Origin: Gemmatimonadales bacterium
GTDB lineage: Bacteria > Gemmatimonadota > Gemmatimonadetes > Palauibacterales > KS3-K002
Direction of reading: 5' to 3'
Assembly: GCA_050050535.1 (NCBI GenBank)
Contig: JASFTY010000001.1
Location: 1-60,159, forward strand
DNA: 60,159 nt
A program made the position numbers and the translations under genes. The notes beneath the pieces are model-generated. The model ran no database searches. It was not told where the DNA came from and saw only the letters and a program-made list of their open reading frames with translations. This document shows, in pieces, positions 53,205 through 60,159 of this stretch. Positions within the stretch are counted from its first letter, which is position 1; every line of letters begins with the position of its first letter.

Positions 53205-54314
53205 GTGAGAATCACGACGCATCACTGGCTGACGCGCTTCGCAGCGATCGCGCTCGCGCTGTCGCTCGCGGCGGCATGCCAGGACGAGTCCACCGGCCCC
53301 ACTCTGGAGGAGGTCGATCCGGAGGGTATGGCCGCGTCCATCGGGGACATCGTGGGCTCGCTCACCGGCAACGCCGAGCTCCAGAGTTACAACCAGATGA
53401 GCGAGTTCATCGGGTTGGCGCTGGGAGGCGGCGCGGCCCCGACGTTCGACTTCGCGGAGGGGCAGGGTCTGCAGCAGGGGCTCGGTACTTTCTCGCGGCG
53501 GCTCGCGGCCTGCTCGATCCAGGAGCCGACTGCGGCACTGGCCGGGCCGATCATCGACAGCGAGTGGGCGGGCACCGTCTTCGTCTGGGGTGGGGACGGC
53601 TACGTTCCGGGTGACGAGCCCAACCCGTTCGACGAGGGGGTCGATGCCGTCCGCTTCATCTTATACGCGATCGACCCGATCGAAGGGCCGATCGTGGAGT
53701 TGCCGGTCGGCCACGTCGACTTCATCGACGAGAGCGTCGAGGGTCAGGGCAACACGTTGCGGGTAGTCGTTACACCGATCGGACGTGATCCGATAGTGAA
53801 CTACGCCGTGACCTGTGAGCTCGTCGGGTTCGCCGTCGAGGTCGCGGGCACGGGATTCATCAGCGACGGCGTTACGCAGATTAACCTGGACCTTTACCTG
53901 GCCGTCACTCAGTCCGGTGCCGTATCGATGGATTTCACCCTCGATGTGCCGTCAGCGAACCTGGAGATCCGATTCTCGGCCGAGGCTGATAGCTTCGACG
54001 CCTTCGACGAGGGCGGCACCTTCGACGCCATGTTCTCGATAAGCCGGAACAACGCAGTCCGCTTCGACGTGAGCGCTGTAGACGACGTGCTGGACGGCGT
54101 CGTGCGGTTCTGCGATGCCGGCAACGCTTGCTCGACCGTAGCGGTGATCAGCGGAACACTCGACGATCCGATCATCACGGACGCCCAGGGCGACCAACTC
54201 GGGCAGGGGGCGATCTTGGCTATCGGAACCCTGTTCGAGGCCGCCGGAGCTTTCGTCGAGAACCTGCTGCCGATGCTGGCACCGGCGTTCGAGATCTGCA
54301 TACCGGTCGGCTGA
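53205..54314 (+). CDS. Hypothetical lipoprotein
   Basis: GTG 53205 has a GGGAGG SD 6 nt upstream. Lipobox LSLAAAC. No family recognised. Confidence 0.65.
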   Translation: MRITTHHWLTRFAAIALALSLAAACQDESTGPTLEEVDPEGMAASIGDIVGSLTGNAELQSYNQMSEFIGLALGGGAAPTFDFAEGQGLQQGLGTFSRRLAACSIQEPTAALAGPIIDSEWAGTVFVWGGDGYVPGDEPNPFDEGVDAVRFILYAIDPIEGPIVELPVGHVDFIDESVEGQGNTLRVVVTPIGRDPIVNYAVTCELVGFAVEVAGTGFISDGVTQINLDLYLAVTQSGAVSMDFTLDVPSANLEIRFSAEADSFDAFDEGGTFDAMFSISRNNAVRFDVSAVDDVLDGVVRFCDAGNACSTVAVISGTLDDPIITDAQGDQLGQGAILAIGTLFEAAGAFVENLLPMLAPAFEICIPVG

Positions 54315-54333
54315 GCCGACCCCACCATAGCGC

Positions 54334-54361
54334 AGCGGGCGGTCCGTTTGGACCGCCCGCT
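54334..54361. terminator. Perfect 12-bp hairpin between convergent genes
   Basis: agcgggcggtcc-gttt-ggaccgcccgct, 20 nt after stop 54314. Confidence 0.6.
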
Positions 54362-54393
54362 CTATTCCTGGCATCGCCACTCGAGACGAACGG

Positions 54394-54999
54394 CTACCCG
54401 GAACCGCCGCCGAGCAGGCTCTGCAGGCCGGGCGGCAGCTTCGCGATGATGCTCGCCGCCACGTCCGGCAAGAGCAAGTAGACCAGCACGAGCGCCACGA
54501 CGACCACGCCGACGACCGCGAGCACGATCCTCAGGACGCTGCGCCCGGGACGCCGCTTCCCTTTGCCACCCCTCATGATCAAGGTCGATGACCGGGGGAC
54601 TCGCTTGGGCGCGGTCTCCGCACCGATCAGGGCCGCAGCCTCGTCGGCCGGCACCTCTCGCAACCCGAAACGAAACTCGATCTTGCCAAACTTGATCGTG
54701 TCACCGTTGCGCAGCGGCTGGGCCACCGCCACCAGGGTGCCATTGATCCAGGTGCCGTTCGTGCTGTGATCGTAGAGGACGTAGCGACCGCTCTCGTAGC
54801 ACACGTCGGCGTGGTGACGCGAGACGGTCTTGTCGGTGACGACCAGGTCGGCGCGCTTCTCGCGGCCGACACGCAGACTGCCGAAGCCCAGCGAGTACTG
54901 CCTGCCATCCGACAGGCGCGTCAGCGTTCCCACCTGCTCGACACCGGCCGACGGCTTCGCGGGCTTCTGACCCGCCGGGTCCTTCCCTTCAGCGTTCAT
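54394..54999 (-). CDS. FHA domain protein with C-terminal TM anchor
   Basis: LRVGREKRADLVVTDKTVSRHHADVCYESGRYVLYDHSTNGTWINGTLV is a canonical FHA core. C-terminal helix VLRIVLAVVGVVVVALVLVYLLL. Confidence 0.85.
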   Translation of the reverse strand: MNAEGKDPAGQKPAKPSAGVEQVGTLTRLSDGRQYSLGFGSLRVGREKRADLVVTDKTVSRHHADVCYESGRYVLYDHSTNGTWINGTLVAVAQPLRNGDTIKFGKIEFRFGLREVPADEAAALIGAETAPKRVPRSSTLIMRGGKGKRRPGRSVLRIVLAVVGVVVVALVLVYLLLPDVAASIIAKLPPGLQSLLGGGSG

Positions 55000-55055
55000 G
55001 GTAAAAAGTTAATCCCCCTCAATTCGATGGGCCAGCCTCGTCGGGCCCGCCAGGC

Positions 55056-57026
55056 TCACTGCCGAGACCTCGGTGTGCGCCGGGCCGCCTGCACGATCAA
55101 GTACGCCAGTAGTGTCAACATGGCGAGGGCGAGACCGCCGGCGAACGATCCCATCCACTCGTGCCCGAAACCTTCCGGGATACCCCTCCAACCGGCCCAG
55201 AAGGCGATCAACACACCCATGATGCCGTCGCCGCCGATGAGCCCCGATGCATACAGCACGCCCTGCTCACGGACTTCTTCCTTCGCCTGCTGCGTCGGCT
55301 GTCTCCGCTCCAGGAACTTGCGGATCACACCGCCGATGAAGATCGGTGTCATCGTGGTGATCGGCAGGTAGATACCCACGGCGAAGGCGAGCGACGGGAG
55401 CCGGAACGCCTCGGCGGCCAGCGCCAGGCCCACCCCGATGAGCACGAACCGCCAGGGGATCTCGGCCTGCAGCACGCCATCGATGACCAGCATCATCATG
55501 TTGGCCTGCGGGGCGGGCAGTTCCGCCGACCCGAACGCGTAGGCCTCGTGGAGCTTGAGGATGCTGTAGCAGACGAAGAATGCCGCCGTCAACACGCCGA
55601 TCAGCTCGCCGGTCTGCTGCCTGCGTGGGGTCGCGCCCAGCAGGAACCCGGTCTTCAGGTCCTGTGAAGTGTCACCGGCGATCGAGGCGGCGATAGCGAC
55701 GACGGCGCCGATCGAGAGTGCCGCCACGCGCCCCGCATCGTCGGTCCAGCCCAGCCCGACGAAGATCAGGCTGGTACCGAGCAGGGTCGCGATCGTCATC
55801 CCCGATGTCGGGTTCGAGGTCACACCGACGAGACCGACGATACGGCTCGATACGGTGACGAAGAAGAAGGCGAAGACCGCGACCAGCAGGGCGGCCAGGA
55901 CCCGAACCGTGAAAGACTCGATGAACCCGAAGACGTGCGGCACGATCGCCAGGAACAGCACGATCACCCCGACCCCGACCAGCACGACGCTGAACGGCAG
56001 ATCGTCATCGGTCCGCTTGATCGCTTCCACGACCGCCGTGCTCTCGAGGCGGCTGCGCAGCCCCCGCACGCCCTCCTTGAACGACGCGATGATCATCGGC
56101 GTCGAGCGGATCAGTGTGGCAATCCCGGCCGTCGCCACCGCACCCGCCCCGACGTAGCGTATGTATCGGGTCCAGATCGTCTCCGGATCCATGTCGGCGA
56201 TCAGCTGGACGGTCTCCGGGAACAAAGGCTCGGTCATGCTGCGGCCGATGATCTCGATGGCCGGGATCAGGATGAGCCAGGAGATGGCGGCTCCGCCGAC
56301 CATCACGAGCCCGATCTTGGCGCCCAGTATGTAGCCCACCCCGATGAGCGCCGGCGCAACGTCCACCCCGATCTGTCCCTTGGGCAGAAGTGGCACCTTC
56401 GCCCAGGCGTCACGCGGCCAGAGATTGAGGCCCCGCATCAGCCAAGTGTAGACCGCACCCACGCCCAGGCCCAGGAAGACGTTGCGCGCCTGGCTACCTC
56501 CGGCGTCCGCCGCCACCAGCACCTCGGCGCAGGCGGTACCCTCCGGGTAGGGCAGCTTGCCGTGCTCGTTGCGGATCAGGAAGCGCCTGAGCGGAATCAT
56601 GAACAGCACGCCCAGCAGGCCGCCGGCCAACGCGATGACCAGCAGCTTCAACACCCCGGGACTGAACCCCCAAAGGAAGAGCGCCGGGATCGTGAAGATC
56701 AGACCCGACGCCTGACTTGACGACGCCGACCCTACCGTCTGTGATATGTTATGCTCGAGGATCGTTCCGCCGCGCACGAGCGCCCGATAGACCGCCACCG
56801 TCATGACAGCGATCGGTATCGACGTCGAGACGGTGAGACCGACGCGCAAACCCAGGTACGCGTTCGCCGCGCCGAACAAGATCCCGAACAGCGCGCCCAG
56901 CAGGATCGCGCGCCAGCTGAACTCGACAATCCGCGTCTCGGCCGCGATGTACGGCTCGTACTGATCGCCCGGGATCTCTTCGTACGCCTTGGGTGAGAGC
57001 CCGCGTCGTGCAGTCGTCTCAGGCAT
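55056..57026 (-). CDS. OPT family oligopeptide transporter
   Basis: EFSWRAILLGALFGILFGAANAYLGLRVGLTVSTSIP is the typical OPT N-terminus, followed by more than 14 TM helices. Start at ATG 57026. Confidence 0.9.
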   Translation of the reverse strand: MPETTARRGLSPKAYEEIPGDQYEPYIAAETRIVEFSWRAILLGALFGILFGAANAYLGLRVGLTVSTSIPIAVMTVAVYRALVRGGTILEHNISQTVGSASSSQASGLIFTIPALFLWGFSPGVLKLLVIALAGGLLGVLFMIPLRRFLIRNEHGKLPYPEGTACAEVLVAADAGGSQARNVFLGLGVGAVYTWLMRGLNLWPRDAWAKVPLLPKGQIGVDVAPALIGVGYILGAKIGLVMVGGAAISWLILIPAIEIIGRSMTEPLFPETVQLIADMDPETIWTRYIRYVGAGAVATAGIATLIRSTPMIIASFKEGVRGLRSRLESTAVVEAIKRTDDDLPFSVVLVGVGVIVLFLAIVPHVFGFIESFTVRVLAALLVAVFAFFFVTVSSRIVGLVGVTSNPTSGMTIATLLGTSLIFVGLGWTDDAGRVAALSIGAVVAIAASIAGDTSQDLKTGFLLGATPRRQQTGELIGVLTAAFFVCYSILKLHEAYAFGSAELPAPQANMMMLVIDGVLQAEIPWRFVLIGVGLALAAEAFRLPSLAFAVGIYLPITTMTPIFIGGVIRKFLERRQPTQQAKEEVREQGVLYASGLIGGDGIMGVLIAFWAGWRGIPEGFGHEWMGSFAGGLALAMLTLLAYLIVQAARRTPRSRQ

Positions 57027-57082
57027 GGCGTGCCAGCAGGTTAGAGTCGCGGTCTGGCTGCTCGGGGAGAGGGCCGGCAGGC

Positions 57083-57111
57083 AGTATACACGCCCCATCG
57101 GGGCCAGGCAA
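57083..57111 (-). promoter_or_regulatory. Candidate sigma-70 promoter for the OPT transporter gene
   Basis: Minus strand TTGCCT-N17-TATACT, about 57 nt upstream of ATG 57026. Confidence 0.45.
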
Positions 57112-57155
57112 TGATCGAGAGAGTACCCCCGGCGCTGCCTGCTGGCGCGGCGGCG

Positions 57156-57581
57156 CTACCGAACGTCGAAGCCGGCGCCGCCCTCGAGCGGCCCATTTCT
57201 GACCACCAGAACGCCGGTGACCGAATAGGCTCCCGGTCGCAGCTCGCCTGCGGAACGCTCCCGGTAGACCAGCGAGTCGCCGGGCTCGAGACGCTCCGTG
57301 CCGAGATTCTGGATGAACCCGCGACCCGCACCCCAGCGCCAGACGGTGTCGCCCGCAGCGTCGACGATGAGGAAGTCGTAGCGCTGCCCGGTCGCGAACT
57401 CGAAGCTTGTCGCCGAGTCGGAGCGGTTCTCGACCTGCAGCGTCAGCGCGATCGGCTCGCCGACCGCGTACGCCGCCTTGTCGGTGGTCACCGTCACCCG
57501 GATACCAGTCGTGGTCATCGCTCGTTCCCCGCCATGCGAGCCCGGTCGCGCCTGAGCGCAGGCGAGCGCCAACAGGCACAC
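57156..57581 (-). CDS. BsuPI-type proteinase inhibitor (Ipi-like)
   Basis: SFEFATGQRYDFLIVD...FIQNLGTERLEPGDSLVY...PGAYSVTGVL parallels B. subtilis Ipi (EFQFSTGQKFELVVYD...FTQAFQNLTLESGETYDF...PGTYEVKVTF, from memory). Start uncertain: GTG 57581 or ATG 57518. Confidence 0.8.
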   Translation of the reverse strand: MCLLALACAQARPGSHGGERAMTTTGIRVTVTTDKAAYAVGEPIALTLQVENRSDSATSFEFATGQRYDFLIVDAAGDTVWRWGAGRGFIQNLGTERLEPGDSLVYRERSAGELRPGAYSVTGVLVVRNGPLEGGAGFDVR

Positions 57582-57610
57582 GAGTCAGACGCGGCCCGCG
57601 CCCGCCATCG

Positions 57611-57642
57611 AAAAGGCGCGCCCCGGCGAACCGGGGCGCGCC
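57611..57642 (-). terminator. Intrinsic terminator after the S8 protease gene
   Basis: Minus strand ggcgcgccccgg-uucg-ccggggcgcgcc (12 bp) followed by UUUU, 26 nt after stop 57668. Confidence 0.7.
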
Positions 57643-57667
57643 AACGGCCTGCGAGCAAGGTCAGACC

Positions 57668-59971
<2,304 letters not shown>

Positions 59972-60159
59972 ACTCCTGTCGAGTGTGAACGGTCGATAGG
60001 CCAGACGAACCTCAGCGTCGAGCGAAACTGCAGCGACGTCGGCGCCGAGATAGAGCTCGCTACGTCAGAACTGTCGTAGACATCCCACATTCCGCACGTG
60101 AGCTGCCTGTCGATCTTCACTCGCAAGTGCAAACGGGACCGAAACGGCGGGTCTTCCCG

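Noticed and set aside
57075-57087. 13-mer ggcaggcagtata shared between 57075..57087 and 43295..43307, both overlapping -10-like hexamers. I considered it as a shared promoter element.
   Set aside because: Chance 13-nt matches are expected many times in a 60-kb two-strand comparison. The implied promoter orientations are inconsistent between the two sites.

Overview
Strongly GC-rich bacterial chromosomal window with about 50 credible CDSs. I saw no rRNA, tRNA, CRISPR array, transposase or integrase. The gene content (a Thx ribosomal protein, many exported TPR, PIG-L, M14 and S8 proteins, several sigma-54-type promoters) would fit a Gemmatimonadota-like environmental lineage, but the sequence alone cannot prove the taxon.

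Most of the content is housekeeping, stress and transport:
- a YitJ-like homocysteine methyltransferase-MTHFR fusion, pfkA, and an ECF sigma / anti-sigma / YbjQ operon
- a type IV minor-pilin operon (FimT-, PilV-, PilW- and PilX-like)
- an M14 carboxypeptidase
- a P-type ATPase, CaCA exchanger, ArsC and quinone-oxidoreductase string
- three tandem Hsp20 genes, an NhaP antiporter, and a NAD-type formate dehydrogenase
- a PIG-L deacetylase plus ABC importer operon
- an S8-PKD subtilase with a BsuPI-type inhibitor, an OPT transporter and an FHA protein

Observations most worth follow-up:
1. An ArsC arsenate-reductase gene carries an in-frame TGA exactly at the catalytic Cys codon, followed by a SECIS-like hairpin. 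It is a candidate selenoprotein that the ORF track splits.
2. An eRF1-like (baeRF-type) protein is translationally coupled to an uncharacterised membrane protein.
3. There are three sigma-54 -24/-12 elements. One is a perfect consensus in front of the Hsp20 triplet. The other two sit in homologous modules of about 170 nt. One module drives the pilin operon. The other is orphan and points at a short hairpin-terminated transcript, a candidate sRNA.
4. A dispersed family of GGAATTCC/GGAATCC palindromic repeats includes a 133-nt AT-richer extended hairpin.
5. A 40-codon ribosomal protein Thx gene falls below the ORF-track cutoff.
6. A SUFU-like plus ADP-ribosylglycohydrolase gene pair may be an immunity-type module.

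All family calls come from motif recognition by eye and no searches were run. Start codons are best guesses.
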